A stretch of DNA of 64,000 bases, from the NCBI GenBank assembly GCA_028868695.1, contig JAGWTZ010000012.1:1046-65045 (forward strand), given 5' to 3'. Positions 40,774 through 50,397 of the stretch are shown in pieces. The DNA comes from Alphaproteobacteria bacterium. Lineage in GTDB: Bacteria; Pseudomonadota; Alphaproteobacteria; Rhizobiales; Aestuariivirgaceae. Position 1 is the stretch's first letter; every line of letters begins with the position of its first letter. The position numbers and the translations under genes were made by a program. Below the pieces are notes generated by a model. The model was not told where the DNA came from, searched no databases, and was given only the letters and a program-made list of their open reading frames with translations.

Positions 40774-41634
40774 TCAAGCGAGCCCGCTCATCTTCCACAG
40801 CTTGCCCATCGCACCGGCCACTTCTTTTGCGGCGGCTTCGGGGTTTTGGGCGGCGAGGGCGTTCAGTCTGGCGCTGAAGGGCTCTGTCACCACCGGGCCG
40901 TCGTAACCCAATTTGGCCAGGGTGCGCATGAAGCCTGCAAGGTCGATGCGGCCTGTCTCCAGCGGCAGGCAGCGCACCACGTCGATCAATTCATCCTTGT
41001 TGCCTTCTGGCGCATCGTTGATGTGAACATGCACAATGTCTGTGGCTGCGATCTTGGCCAGATCCTCCAGCGTGCCGCCGGATGTCCACAGGTGCCAGCC
41101 ATCAAGCAGAAGGCCCACATTGCCTGTGCCAATCTCAGCGGCCAGAGCCAGCATGTCTTCCATCCTGCGGATGAAAGGATGGGCATGGCCCTTTTGCAGC
41201 GAGAGGGGACCCAGAAATTCAAGGCCCAGGCTGCAGCCTGAATCCTTCAAAACTTGCGCAACGGGCCGGAACTGCGCGATGTGATAGGCGCGGTTTTCGG
41301 CCATGCTACGGCTGTCATGCCACGAAGGCACCCAGGTGACACAACGATATGCCCCAAGGCTTGCGGCGGTTTTGGCGAGTTGGTGCAGTTCCGCGAGATC
41401 GACATTCCACTCCATCTGCGGGCCGTTGACGGGCAGGCCCCAGGTGCCGGGGCGCTGATTGTGGCTGGCAAAAAGTTCACGCAAGGCAGCGGACGAATGC
41501 GCCTCGGCAAAGCGATGCGCCTCGCGGATGTCAAAATCCACACCTGCAAAACCTGTTGCCTGAGCCAGAGACAACAGCTGCGGCAAGGCCAGGTTCTTGA
41601 TGCCGATCGCGGGCGCGTTGAGGGCCTTGAACAT
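40774..41634 (-). CDS. Sugar phosphate isomerase/epimerase (AP endonuclease 2 TIM barrel)
   Basis: LGLEFLGP, LLLDGWH, HVHINDA and VVTEPF metal-ligand pattern. Confidence 0.85.
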   Translation of the reverse strand: MFKALNAPAIGIKNLALPQLLSLAQATGFAGVDFDIREAHRFAEAHSSAALRELFASHNQRPGTWGLPVNGPQMEWNVDLAELHQLAKTAASLGAYRCVTWVPSWHDSRSMAENRAYHIAQFRPVAQVLKDSGCSLGLEFLGPLSLQKGHAHPFIRRMEDMLALAAEIGTGNVGLLLDGWHLWTSGGTLEDLAKIAATDIVHVHINDAPEGNKDELIDVVRCLPLETGRIDLAGFMRTLAKLGYDGPVVTEPFSARLNALAAQNPEAAAKEVAGAMGKLWKMSGLA

Positions 41635-41655
41635 GGGTCTTCTCCTTGAGGATTT

Positions 41656-42672
41656 CTATGACCAGGGATTGAGGATGATCTTGCCGGATTGGCGCGAGAT
41701 GGAACACTCGAAGGCGCCTTGGATGTCTGACATGGCAAAGCGGTGGGTGATGAGCTTTCCCGCCTGCGGTGAATGGCGGATGACCTGCATGAGCTGCTCA
41801 AAGTCTCCCAGATTGTAGTGCCAGGAGCCGATCAGCGTGAGGCCCTTGCGGATCATGTCGGGGCTGACCTTCACGGGCAGGTCATCCATGCATTCGCCCA
41901 CGAAGGCCACCTTGCCCTTGCGGCGCGCGGCATCAATGCACAGCCTTTGGGCGCCAACAGTGCCCGAGCAATCCAGCGCGCAATCCACCCCGCGGCCGCC
42001 AGTGAGGGCCATGATGCGGGCCAGCGTTTCAGCGCCTTCCGGCGGCAGCACCACTTCGGCGCCCAGCTCCTGCGCCAGGGCCATGCGGTATGGAACGCTT
42101 TCCACCACGATGACGCGGGCACCGCGATAGCGCGCGTTGACGACGGCACCCAGGCCCACGGGGCCTGCGCCCGTCACCAGCAGGGTGGTGAAGGAATCAA
42201 CCTCCATCAGCTGCATGGCGCCGAATGACGCGCCCAGGCCGCAGCAGGCGAGCGCACCCATTTCATAGCTCACATCATCGGGGATTTTCGGCAGCAGCCA
42301 ATCCGGCTTCAAGATATATTGGGCATAGGTGGCCTGACCCTTCACCACTTGGGCGCCGGGGCCTACGGTGATGACATTGCCGCAATGGATGTAGTCACCC
42401 GCAATGCACAGAGCGCAACAGCCGCAGCCATGCAGCGGCATGGCCACCACCCTGTCGCCAAGCCTGAGGCGGCCCGGCTGGGCGAGGCCCACCACTTCGC
42501 CAGCGGCCTCATGGCCCAATTGATCAGTGGGTTCGCCGGACAGGAAGCGCTTGTATTCGGTGCACATGGGGGCGGCATGCACCTTCACCAACACCCAATC
42601 ATCAAAGGGTTCGAGCATGGCGCCATCCACTAGCGCCGCCTTTTTCTCTCCGGTGATGGCTGCCTGCTTCAT
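41656..42672 (-). CDS. Zinc-binding alcohol/polyol dehydrogenase (MDR)
   Basis: MCTE, GHEAAGEV, CGCCALCIAGDYIHC and GAGPVGL motifs. Confidence 0.92.
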   Translation of the reverse strand: MKQAAITGEKKAALVDGAMLEPFDDWVLVKVHAAPMCTEYKRFLSGEPTDQLGHEAAGEVVGLAQPGRLRLGDRVVAMPLHGCGCCALCIAGDYIHCGNVITVGPGAQVVKGQATYAQYILKPDWLLPKIPDDVSYEMGALACCGLGASFGAMQLMEVDSFTTLLVTGAGPVGLGAVVNARYRGARVIVVESVPYRMALAQELGAEVVLPPEGAETLARIMALTGGRGVDCALDCSGTVGAQRLCIDAARRKGKVAFVGECMDDLPVKVSPDMIRKGLTLIGSWHYNLGDFEQLMQVIRHSPQAGKLITHRFAMSDIQGAFECSISRQSGKIILNPWS

Positions 42673-42733
42673 ATGCTGTTCCGCCCGGGTGTTTTTTGTG
42701 AACTATAGGCATGAGTGGCGGGCAGACGCAAAT

Positions 42734-42760
42734 GCGCCGCCCGGGTTGGGGGCGGCGCAC
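42734..42760 (-). terminator. Probable terminator of the helicase gene
   Basis: TGCGCCGCCC/GGGCGGCGCA stem; short T tail on minus strand. Confidence 0.5.
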
Positions 42761-42782
42761 AGATGAGACGTGGTTGCTGGCT

Positions 42783-45056
42783 TTAGCTGGGGCGGCGCTT
42801 GGGGGCGCCAAAGCCGCCCGGCTTGCCGCCGCCGGCTTTCTTGGCGGCGAAATTGCCGGAAGGCTTGCCCTTGAAACCGAAGCTCTTGCGCGGGCCACCC
42901 TCACCGCGCTCGCCACCCTTCATGCCGTGGGACTTTGCATGGAAGGGCTTGTCACCCCTTGGCTTGAAATCACGGCTTTCGCCGCGCGGGCCGCCATGTT
43001 CGCGGCGTTCGCCACGCGGGGCATCGAAGTTGCGTTCGCCGCGCGGCTTGCCATCGAAATCGCGGCGCGGGCGATCGGCATTGAATTCGCGGCGCTCACC
43101 GCGCACTTCAGCGCGGTTCTCCGAAAAATCACGCTTGGGCGCATCGCCATGGTTGGTCCAGGGCTTGGCTTCGCCGCGCGGCTTGAAATCACCGCGGGGC
43201 TTGAAATCGCCACGGGGCTTGAAATCACCACGGGGGCGGTCGCTGCTCCATGGTTTACGCTCGCCCTGCGGACGATCACCACGCGGCTTGAAGTCACCAC
43301 GTTCTTCGCGCGGTTTGAAATCGCCGCGTGCTTCACGCGGTTTGAAATCGCCGCGCGGGCGATCACTGCTCCATGGCTTACGCTCACCCTGCGGGCGATC
43401 ACCGCGCGGGCGGTCATTGCTCCATGGTTTACGGTCGCTATCGCTCCGGGGCTTACGGTCGCCATCACTCCGGGGCTTGCGTTCTGCGCCTTCGGCGCGG
43501 CTTTCCTCACGCGGGCTGTCCTTGAAGCCTTCCGACTTGGCGCGGAAGGGCTTGCGCGGGCGCTCACCACGATCATCGCGGCGGGCGCCGCCTTCGAACT
43601 TGTTGTAGCCAACTTTTTTCTTGAACCAGGGCTTGTTGTCGCGCGGCTCTTCATCGCTGCGCTCGGGCGCTTGCGGCTTCTGATACATCACGACTTCCTC
43701 GTTCTGCATCGGGTTCCAATCGCTGCGCTTGTTAGCGAGGCTAAGGGATTCAGCATCCACCGTGCGCTGCACATCTTCCATGGTGATGGGCGCTAGAGCT
43801 TCAACCTTGGGGGCACGTGCGGGGCGTTCAGCACGCGGGGCACGTTCGGCGCGCGGCTCACGCTCCGGGCGCGGGTGGGAGGGTGGAATGGATTTGCCGC
43901 GGCGTTGCGGCTCATCCACCACGACCATGCCAAGCGCATGCTCACGCACCGGCACTTTCTGGCGGATGGTTTTTTCAATGTCGCGCAGCAGCGGCCTTTC
44001 CTCCGGCGCACAGAAGGCGATGGCTTCGCCGCCAGCGCCGGCGCGCGCGGTGCGGCCGATGCGGTGGACATAGGATTCCGGCACATGCGGCAGGTCATAG
44101 TTCACCACATGCGAGACGTTTTCCACGTCAATGCCGCGGGCGGCAATGTCGGTGGCCACGAGAACCTGGATCTTGCCCTGCTTGAAGCCGGCCAGCGCAC
44201 GCTCGCGGTTGGCCTGGCTCTTGTTGCCGTGAATGGCCACGGCGGTGTAGTCGGCCTTTTCAAGACCGCGCACCACCTTGTCGGCGCCATGCTTGGTCTT
44301 GGTGAAGACCAAAGTGCGCGTCATGTTGGTGTCCTTGAGCAGCTCGTTGAGCACGGCGATCTTCTGCTTGGCATCGACATGGATGACGCTCTGGTTCACG
44401 CGTTCGGCGGTTGTCGCCACAGGGGTGATTTCAACGCGCACCGGATCGGTGAGCAGGCCTGCGGCAAGCCCTGCGATTTCCTTCGGCATGGTGGCCGAGA
44501 AGAAGAGGTTCTGGCGCTTGTGCGGCAGAAGCGAGACAATGCGGCGGATGACATGGATGAAGCCCAAATCCAGCATCTGGTCCACTTCGTCGAGCACGAA
44601 GATCTCAACCTTGGCCAGAGAGATGGCGCGGCGTTCGATCAGGTCCACCAGGCGGCCGGGGGTGGCCACGAGAATGTCCACGCCGCCGCGGCAGATTTCG
44701 ATCTGGCGGTTGATGTTCACGCCGCCGAAGACAACGGCGCGCGAAAGCTTGAGGAATTGGCCATAGGCCTTGAAGCTGTCGCCGATCTGGGCGGCGAGCT
44801 CACGGGTGGGCGAGAGGATCAGCGCGCGCGCATGGCCCTTGGCCACGCGCTCATGATGCAGACTGAGGCGGTGGAGGATGGGCAGCGCGAAGGCGGCCGT
44901 CTTGCCGGTGCCGGTCTGGGCGATGCCGAGCAGGTCCTTGCCATGCATCAGAGACGGAATGGCCTGGGCCTGGATGGGGGTGGGGGTCTCATAGCCCTCT
45001 TTCTTCACCGCATCCAAGACACGTTGATTGAGGCCGAGTTCGATAAAATCTTTCAC
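42783..45056 (-). CDS. DEAD-box RNA helicase (RhlE-like) with long low-complexity C-terminal tail
   Basis: Q motif, AQTGTGKT, PTRELA, DEVD, SAT and HRIGRTAR motifs; GTG start at VKDFIELGL. Confidence 0.95.
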   Translation of the reverse strand: MKDFIELGLNQRVLDAVKKEGYETPTPIQAQAIPSLMHGKDLLGIAQTGTGKTAAFALPILHRLSLHHERVAKGHARALILSPTRELAAQIGDSFKAYGQFLKLSRAVVFGGVNINRQIEICRGGVDILVATPGRLVDLIERRAISLAKVEIFVLDEVDQMLDLGFIHVIRRIVSLLPHKRQNLFFSATMPKEIAGLAAGLLTDPVRVEITPVATTAERVNQSVIHVDAKQKIAVLNELLKDTNMTRTLVFTKTKHGADKVVRGLEKADYTAVAIHGNKSQANRERALAGFKQGKIQVLVATDIAARGIDVENVSHVVNYDLPHVPESYVHRIGRTARAGAGGEAIAFCAPEERPLLRDIEKTIRQKVPVREHALGMVVVDEPQRRGKSIPPSHPRPEREPRAERAPRAERPARAPKVEALAPITMEDVQRTVDAESLSLANKRSDWNPMQNEEVVMYQKPQAPERSDEEPRDNKPWFKKKVGYNKFEGGARRDDRGERPRKPFRAKSEGFKDSPREESRAEGAERKPRSDGDRKPRSDSDRKPWSNDRPRGDRPQGERKPWSSDRPRGDFKPREARGDFKPREERGDFKPRGDRPQGERKPWSSDRPRGDFKPRGDFKPRGDFKPRGEAKPWTNHGDAPKRDFSENRAEVRGERREFNADRPRRDFDGKPRGERNFDAPRGERREHGGPRGESRDFKPRGDKPFHAKSHGMKGGERGEGGPRKSFGFKGKPSGNFAAKKAGGGKPGGFGAPKRRPS
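43160..43480 (-). repeat. Intragenic tandem repeats encoding RGDFKP and RGDRPQGERKPWSSDRP units
   Basis: Six RGDFKP copies and two longer duplications visible in both protein and DNA. Confidence 0.85.
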
Positions 45057-45338
45057 TTGATAACTTTCAATGGAACAAAGGGATTTGGCTCCGCCAGCTG
45101 TTCCTGAAGCTGGTGAAGTTGACGATCCCACGTGAAAGGAAAGTTGCTGGCTGCGGACCCTGACTGTTGCCCATCTTTGAATGGTGGGCACCTCACGTCG
45201 TCGCTTGGGGTGTGGCAGCGATGGGGCTCACTTAGTCATGTTGCAGTGCAATGTCAACCGGCGTGACAGGTTGGCGCGCTGTGGAATAAACGTTCTATTG
45301 GTCTTGGCTTGTTCCGCGGGTTGTGCTGATTTGCGGGC

Positions 45339-46172
45339 ATGAGCCTCACTGATCCGCCACGCGACTTCCAATCCCTGCAACAACTGATTGCCGAGCGGGC
45401 CCAAGACCTGCCCAAGCGGCTGGCGCAAGTGGCAGGCTACGCGCTTGGCAACCCCGACGAGATTGCCTTTGGCACGGCGGCCTCGATTGCCGAGGCCTCT
45501 TCGGTGCAGCCCTCAACCCTGGTGCGCTTTGCCCAGAGCCTGGGCTTCCAGGGCTTTTCGGACCTGCAGGATGTGTTCCGCTCGCGCCTGCGCGAAAGGG
45601 TGTTGAGCTATGATGAGCGGCTTTCGCATTTGCGGGCCGATGACAAGGCGCACAAGGCCAGCCTGATGTTTGCCGGCTTTGCCGAGGCGGCGGAGCATTC
45701 CATCCGCGAGCTGCGCCTGCGGCTGGATGGCGACAAGCTGGAAGAGGCGGTGAAGCTTCTTGCCAAGGCCGAGACCATCTATCTGGTGGGCTTGCGGCGC
45801 TCCTTCCCGATCTCGTCCTACATGTCCTATGCCTTCGGGAAGCTCGGCGTCAAAAACCAGCTGATCGGCGCCACGGGCGGGCTGGCGGCGGAGGATGTGA
45901 GCTTTGCCACGCCGCAGGATGTGATCATGGCCATCAGCTTCACGCCCTATGCCTCGGAAACGGTGAAGCTGACGCAAAGCGCCCATGGCCGGGGCGTGCC
46001 GGTGGTTTCGATCACCGATTCGGCCTTTTCGCCGCTCGCCCCGGTTTCCAAGCTGTGGTTTGAGGTGACGGAATCGCATTTTGAGGGCTTCCGCTCGCTT
46101 TCGGCCACGCTGGCGCTGGCGATGACCTTCACGGTGGCTGTGGCGGAACGGCGCAGCGCCAGCAAAGGCTGA
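45339..46172 (+). CDS. iolR: MurR/RpiR family regulator, probable IolR
   Basis: N-terminal HTH (VQPSTLVRFAQSLGFQGFSDLQ) plus SIS domain; upstream of iolC. Confidence 0.85.
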   Translation: MSLTDPPRDFQSLQQLIAERAQDLPKRLAQVAGYALGNPDEIAFGTAASIAEASSVQPSTLVRFAQSLGFQGFSDLQDVFRSRLRERVLSYDERLSHLRADDKAHKASLMFAGFAEAAEHSIRELRLRLDGDKLEEAVKLLAKAETIYLVGLRRSFPISSYMSYAFGKLGVKNQLIGATGGLAAEDVSFATPQDVIMAISFTPYASETVKLTQSAHGRGVPVVSITDSAFSPLAPVSKLWFEVTESHFEGFRSLSATLALAMTFTVAVAERRSASKG

Positions 46173-46173
46173 C

Positions 46174-46187
46174 GGAATATACATTCC
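46174..46187. promoter_or_regulatory. IolR operator upstream of iolC
   Basis: GGAA-TATACA-TTCC matches the rhizobial GGAA-Nx-TTCC IolR motif; variant GGAATAAACGTTCT at 45283-45296 upstream of iolR. Confidence 0.7.
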
Positions 46188-46241
46188 AACTTGACTTGAA
46201 ATTGGAATTGCTGTTTCATTCGGCAAAAATTGGAGTGCCCC

Positions 46242-48149
46242 ATGTCCGCCGCCTTGCCCGCCCTTGATGTCATCACCATGGGGCGCTGTTCCGTTGATCT
46301 TTATGGCCAGCAAATCGGCAGCCGCCTTGAAGATGTGGCGAGCTTTGCCAAGTCGGTCGGCGGCTCGCCCACCAATATCGCCATTGGCACAGCGCGTCTC
46401 GGGCTGAAATCCGGCCTGATCACCCGGGTGGGTGATGAACAGATGGGCCGCTTCGTGCTGGAACAGCTGGGCCGCGAGGGCGTGGCCACGGATGGCGTGG
46501 TGACGGACAAGCAGCGTCTCACCTCGCTGGTGCTGCTTTCGGTTGAGAACGACAAGACCTTTCCGCTGATTTTCTACCGCGACAATTGCGCTGATTCCGC
46601 CCTGTGCGAAGATGACGTGGACGAGGCCTTTGTGCTTTCGGCCCGCGCTTTGCTGGTGACAGGCACGCATTTTGCCCGCGCCAACACCGACGCCGCCCAG
46701 CGCAAGGCGATGAAGATCGCCAAGGCCCATGGCCGCAAGGTGGTGATTGACATCGACTACCGCCCCAACCTGTGGGGCCTTGCCGGGCATGGCGCTGGCG
46801 AGGAGCGCTACATCAAGTCCGACAAGGTGACGGCGCATATCCAGACCATCCTGGCGGATTGCGACCTGATCATCGGCACCGAGGAAGAAGTGGCCATTGC
46901 AGGCGGCACTGAGGACACGCTGGAAGCGCTGCGCCGCATCCGTGCGATCTCCAAGGGTGTGATCGTGCTGAAGCGCGGGCCGATGGGCTGCGTGGTTTAC
47001 CCCGGCGCCATTCCCGACTCGCTCGACAAGGGGCTGGTGGGCAAGGGCTTCCCCATCGAGGTTTACAATGTGCTGGGGGCTGGCGATGCCTTCATGTCGG
47101 GCTTCCTGCGCGGCTGGCTGAAGGATGAGCCCTATGAAACCTGCGCCACCTGGGCCAATGCCTGCGGCGCCTTTGCGGTTTCACGCCTGCTGTGCTCGCC
47201 CGAATATGTGAAGTGGGACGAGCTGCAATATTTCCTCAAGAATGGCTCGAAGTTCCGCGCGCTGCGCAAGGATGAGGAGATCAACCACCTGCATTGGGCG
47301 CTGACGCGCCGCCCGCAGCCGGACCAGGTTCTCTCCTTCGCCATTGACCACCGCAAGCAGCTGGAAGAGATGGCTGACCGGGTGGGTGCCTCGCGCGAAA
47401 AGATCGCCCCCTTCAAGCGCCTTGCCATGAAGGCCATCGGCAAGGTTTCAGGCGGCAAGCCGGGCTTTGGCACGCTGCTTGATGACACCTATGGCCGCGA
47501 GGCGATGTTTGACGCGGCCAAGCTTGGCCTGTGGATCGGCCGCCCGCTGGAGCAGCCGGGCTCACGCCCCTTGCGCTTTGAATTCAGCCAGGATGTGGGG
47601 GCGCGGCTGGTGGAATGGCCTGTCACGCATTGCATCAAGTGCCTCGCCTTCTATCACCCGGATGACCCCAAGGAATTGAAGGACGAGCAGGCCCAGAAAC
47701 TGCGCACGCTTTTTGAGGCCGCCACCAAGGTGGGCCGCGAGCTGCTGATCGAGATCATCGCTTCCAAGAACGGGCCGATGGACAAGATGACCATCGCGCG
47801 CGCCATGGGCGAGCTTTACGCGCTGGGCATCAAGCCCGACTGGTGGAAGCTGGAACCGCAGGCTGATGCCGGCGCCTGGGACGAGATTGGCAAGGTGATC
47901 GACAAGAATGATCCCTTGTGCCGCGGCATTGTTCTGCTGGGGCTGGAAGCGCCGGCCGAAGAGCTGGCCAAGGGCTTTGCGGCGGTGGCGGGCAAGCGTC
48001 ACGTCAAGGGCTTTGCCGTGGGCCGCACCATCTTCAACGAAGCCGCCGAGGGCTGGCTTTCAGGCAAGCTTTCAGACGATGCCGCCGTGGCGATGATGGC
48101 GGAAAAGTTTGCAGGGCTTGTGAAGATTTGGGATGATGCGCGGGCGTGA
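46242..48149 (+). CDS. iolC: 5-dehydro-2-deoxygluconokinase IolC with C-terminal DUF2090/aldolase-like domain
   Basis: pfkB motifs GGSPTNIA, DIDYRP and VLGAGDAF; C-terminal AIDHR and GFAVGRTIF. Confidence 0.95.
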   Translation: MSAALPALDVITMGRCSVDLYGQQIGSRLEDVASFAKSVGGSPTNIAIGTARLGLKSGLITRVGDEQMGRFVLEQLGREGVATDGVVTDKQRLTSLVLLSVENDKTFPLIFYRDNCADSALCEDDVDEAFVLSARALLVTGTHFARANTDAAQRKAMKIAKAHGRKVVIDIDYRPNLWGLAGHGAGEERYIKSDKVTAHIQTILADCDLIIGTEEEVAIAGGTEDTLEALRRIRAISKGVIVLKRGPMGCVVYPGAIPDSLDKGLVGKGFPIEVYNVLGAGDAFMSGFLRGWLKDEPYETCATWANACGAFAVSRLLCSPEYVKWDELQYFLKNGSKFRALRKDEEINHLHWALTRRPQPDQVLSFAIDHRKQLEEMADRVGASREKIAPFKRLAMKAIGKVSGGKPGFGTLLDDTYGREAMFDAAKLGLWIGRPLEQPGSRPLRFEFSQDVGARLVEWPVTHCIKCLAFYHPDDPKELKDEQAQKLRTLFEAATKVGRELLIEIIASKNGPMDKMTIARAMGELYALGIKPDWWKLEPQADAGAWDEIGKVIDKNDPLCRGIVLLGLEAPAEELAKGFAAVAGKRHVKGFAVGRTIFNEAAEGWLSGKLSDDAAVAMMAEKFAGLVKIWDDARA

Positions 48150-48157
48150 TCCCGCTG

Positions 48158-48251
48158 CCCATGCTTCGAGGCTTTGCCTTTGGCAAAGCACCTCAGCATG
48201 AGGTTTCACTAATACCATACCCTGAGGCGCCGCGAAGCGGCCTCGAAGGGT
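48158..48251. repeat. Inverted pair of CATnCTGAGG...GCCTCGAAG palindromic repeats between iolC and iolB
   Basis: Minus unit CCTCATGCTGAGGTGC..GCCTCGAAGCATG and plus unit CATACCCTGAGGCGCC..GCCTCGAAGGG. Confidence 0.75.
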
Positions 48252-48267
48252 GCGACTGGAGTCAAAA

Positions 48268-49068
48268 ATGCCAAAGTTGCTCGTCAAAGCCAAAAAGAAA
48301 GCCGGCAAGGTGATCGAGGTCACGCCGAAAACCGCCAAGTGGAAATATGTGGGCCATGATGTGTGGAAGCTGGCGCCGGGCAAGATCGCCAAGGGGCTGG
48401 AGGCCAAGCGCGAAACCTGCATCGTGTTTGCTTCGGGCAAGGGCCGTGTCACCGTTGACGGCAAGGACTACGGCACGCTGGGTGAGCGCAATTCGGTGTT
48501 CGAGGGCAAGCCTTGGAGCATTTACATTCCGCCCAAGGCCAAATGGCAGGTGAAGGCCGAGAATGATTGCGTGCTGAACATCTGCACGGCGCCGGCCACG
48601 GGGAAATATCCGCTCAAGGTGATCAAGCCGGATGAGCTGGAAGTGATCACCCGGGGCAAGGGCTCCAACACCCGCTATGTCACCAACATCATGCCGGAGT
48701 GGGACAATTCCGCCGAAAGCCTGCTGGTGGTGGAAGTGATCACGCCCAATGGCTGCACCTCATCCTACCCCAGCCACAAGCATGACCGGGACAACCTGCC
48801 CAAGGAGTCGCTGCTGGAGGAAACCTATTACCACCGCCTGAACCCGCCGCAGGGCTTTGCCTTCCAGCGCGTCTATACCGATGACCGCAAGCTGGACGAG
48901 TCCATGGCGGTGGAGGACGGCGATGTGGTGATGGTGCCCAAGGGCTATCATCCTTGCGCCACCATTCACGGCTATGACCTCTACTATCTCAACGTGATGG
49001 CCGGGCCGAAGCGCGTGTGGAAATTCCACAACGCGCCGGAGCATGAGTGGCTGCTACCCAAGGCTTGA
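48268..49068 (+). CDS. iolB: 5-deoxy-glucuronate isomerase IolB
   Basis: SSYPSHKHD, LEETYYHR, VPKGYHP and YYLNVMAGP motifs. Confidence 0.95.
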   Translation: MPKLLVKAKKKAGKVIEVTPKTAKWKYVGHDVWKLAPGKIAKGLEAKRETCIVFASGKGRVTVDGKDYGTLGERNSVFEGKPWSIYIPPKAKWQVKAENDCVLNICTAPATGKYPLKVIKPDELEVITRGKGSNTRYVTNIMPEWDNSAESLLVVEVITPNGCTSSYPSHKHDRDNLPKESLLEETYYHRLNPPQGFAFQRVYTDDRKLDESMAVEDGDVVMVPKGYHPCATIHGYDLYYLNVMAGPKRVWKFHNAPEHEWLLPKA

Positions 49069-49144
49069 GATTGCTCAAAGTTTAACGGCTATTGGAACGG
49101 TTGCTTAACCAAATCGCAACCGGGCAGGCGCACACTCATGGCAT

Positions 49145-49570
49145 GTGAGTGGAGTTTGGCCCATGCGCGGTGATTTTCCCTTGGCTGATGGTTTTGTCCT
49201 GTCCTGCCCGGTTTCCGGGGCGGGGGTTTCGCCGGTGCGCGAAATCCGCAAGCGCGGCAACATCCCCCTCGTGCTGCAGGACGAGATGGTGGTGGAGTTG
49301 AAGCGCTCCGACATGCTGGAAAGCTGGCGTTCAACCTGTGCCTTGGGCCGCAAGCGCACCCATGCGCTGATGGCGCAGGCGGCGGGGCGGATTTCCTCGG
49401 CGCTGGAAGATGACGAGACTGCCGAAATCGGTGCGCTGGCCAGCGATGTGGCCGCCTTCTTCCTGCTGGCGCTGCATGACAAGGGACTGGATGTGGCGCA
49501 GGCCTCGCGCTTCTGCCAGCTGGCCTGGAGTGCGGGCCGCGATGAGCCGCTTTCGGTGGCGCAGTTCTGA
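49145..49570 (+). CDS. Hypothetical protein; start uncertain
   Basis: Open frame with host-like codon usage filling the gap before the VOC gene; no family recognised. Confidence 0.55.
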   Translation: MSGVWPMRGDFPLADGFVLSCPVSGAGVSPVREIRKRGNIPLVLQDEMVVELKRSDMLESWRSTCALGRKRTHALMAQAAGRISSALEDDETAEIGALASDVAAFFLLALHDKGLDVAQASRFCQLAWSAGRDEPLSVAQF

Positions 49571-49573
49571 GGC

Positions 49574-50011
49574 ATGATGGCTTCGGCCACGCCTTCAGCG
49601 CCCGCCTATGGCCGCTCGCTTGCCGGGCTGGGCTTCAACCTGATTGTCAGGGACATTGAGCAGCAGCTGCGGTTTTGCACGCAAGTTCTTGAAGCTGAAA
49701 TTTTTTTCCGCACTGACCAGTTTGCGGCGCTGCGCCTGTGCGGCATGGGCTTCATGCTGCATGCCGACGCTACTTACCGCGACAATGTGCTGCGCGGCAG
49801 CCTCGCAGACAAGGATGCGCGCGGCGTGGGCGTTGAGCTGCGCGCCTATGAGGTGGACCCCGACAAGGCCGAGGCACGGGCGCGCGATGGCGGCTGGACG
49901 GTTCTGGCCGGCAGCGCTGACAAGCCGCATGGGCTTCGCGAATGCGTGTTGATGGATGACGAGGGCTTTGTCTGGGTGCCTTCGCGGCGGCTTGAGGCCA
50001 ACAGGCCTTGA
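49574..50011 (+). CDS. VOC/glyoxalase family protein
   Basis: FNLIVRDIEQQLRFC, RGVGVELR and DKPHGLREC motifs. Confidence 0.8.
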   Translation: MMASATPSAPAYGRSLAGLGFNLIVRDIEQQLRFCTQVLEAEIFFRTDQFAALRLCGMGFMLHADATYRDNVLRGSLADKDARGVGVELRAYEVDPDKAEARARDGGWTVLAGSADKPHGLRECVLMDDEGFVWVPSRRLEANRP

Positions 50012-50103
50012 GCGTTTACCAGCGCTGCCGATTTCTGCTGCGGCGTGGTGCATGCTGCTGCTAAGCGGTGTTTGACAGTTCAACAGATGTAGAAATCTTG
50101 ATC

Positions 50104-50397
50104 ATGCAGGCGGGGGAATTGGCTGGGGTTTTGGGGGCGCTGGGGCAGGAGACGCGGCTGCAGATCATCCGCATCCTGGCGCCGCTCTCCAAGGGCAAGG
50201 CGCCAGTGGGGCTGGCGGCCGGGCAGATTGCCGCGGCACTTGGGGTTTCACCGCCCACGCTCTCGTTCCACCTGAAAGACCTGGCCTTGCGCAAGCTGGT
50301 GGTGCAGAAGCGCCGGGGGCGCGAGCTGATCTATTTCGCCAATCTGGCGCTGATCCTTGCGGCACTGGGTGAATTTGTCGGGGAACTGGAAATCTGA
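50104..50397 (+). CDS. ArsR/SmtB family transcriptional regulator
   Basis: LGQETRLQIIRIL, TLSFHLKDL and RRGRELIY motifs. Confidence 0.88.
   Translation: MQAGELAGVLGALGQETRLQIIRILAPLSKGKAPVGLAAGQIAAALGVSPPTLSFHLKDLALRKLVVQKRRGRELIYFANLALILAALGEFVGELEI

Noticed and set aside
43160-43480. Short tandem repeats as a possible CRISPR array
   Set aside because: In-frame coding repeats without unique spacers; no cas genes in the window
42711-43796. 361-aa repetitive hydrophobic ORF (GLEIT/RLEIA repeats)
   Set aside because: It is the reverse-strand reading of the helicase RGDFKP repeats
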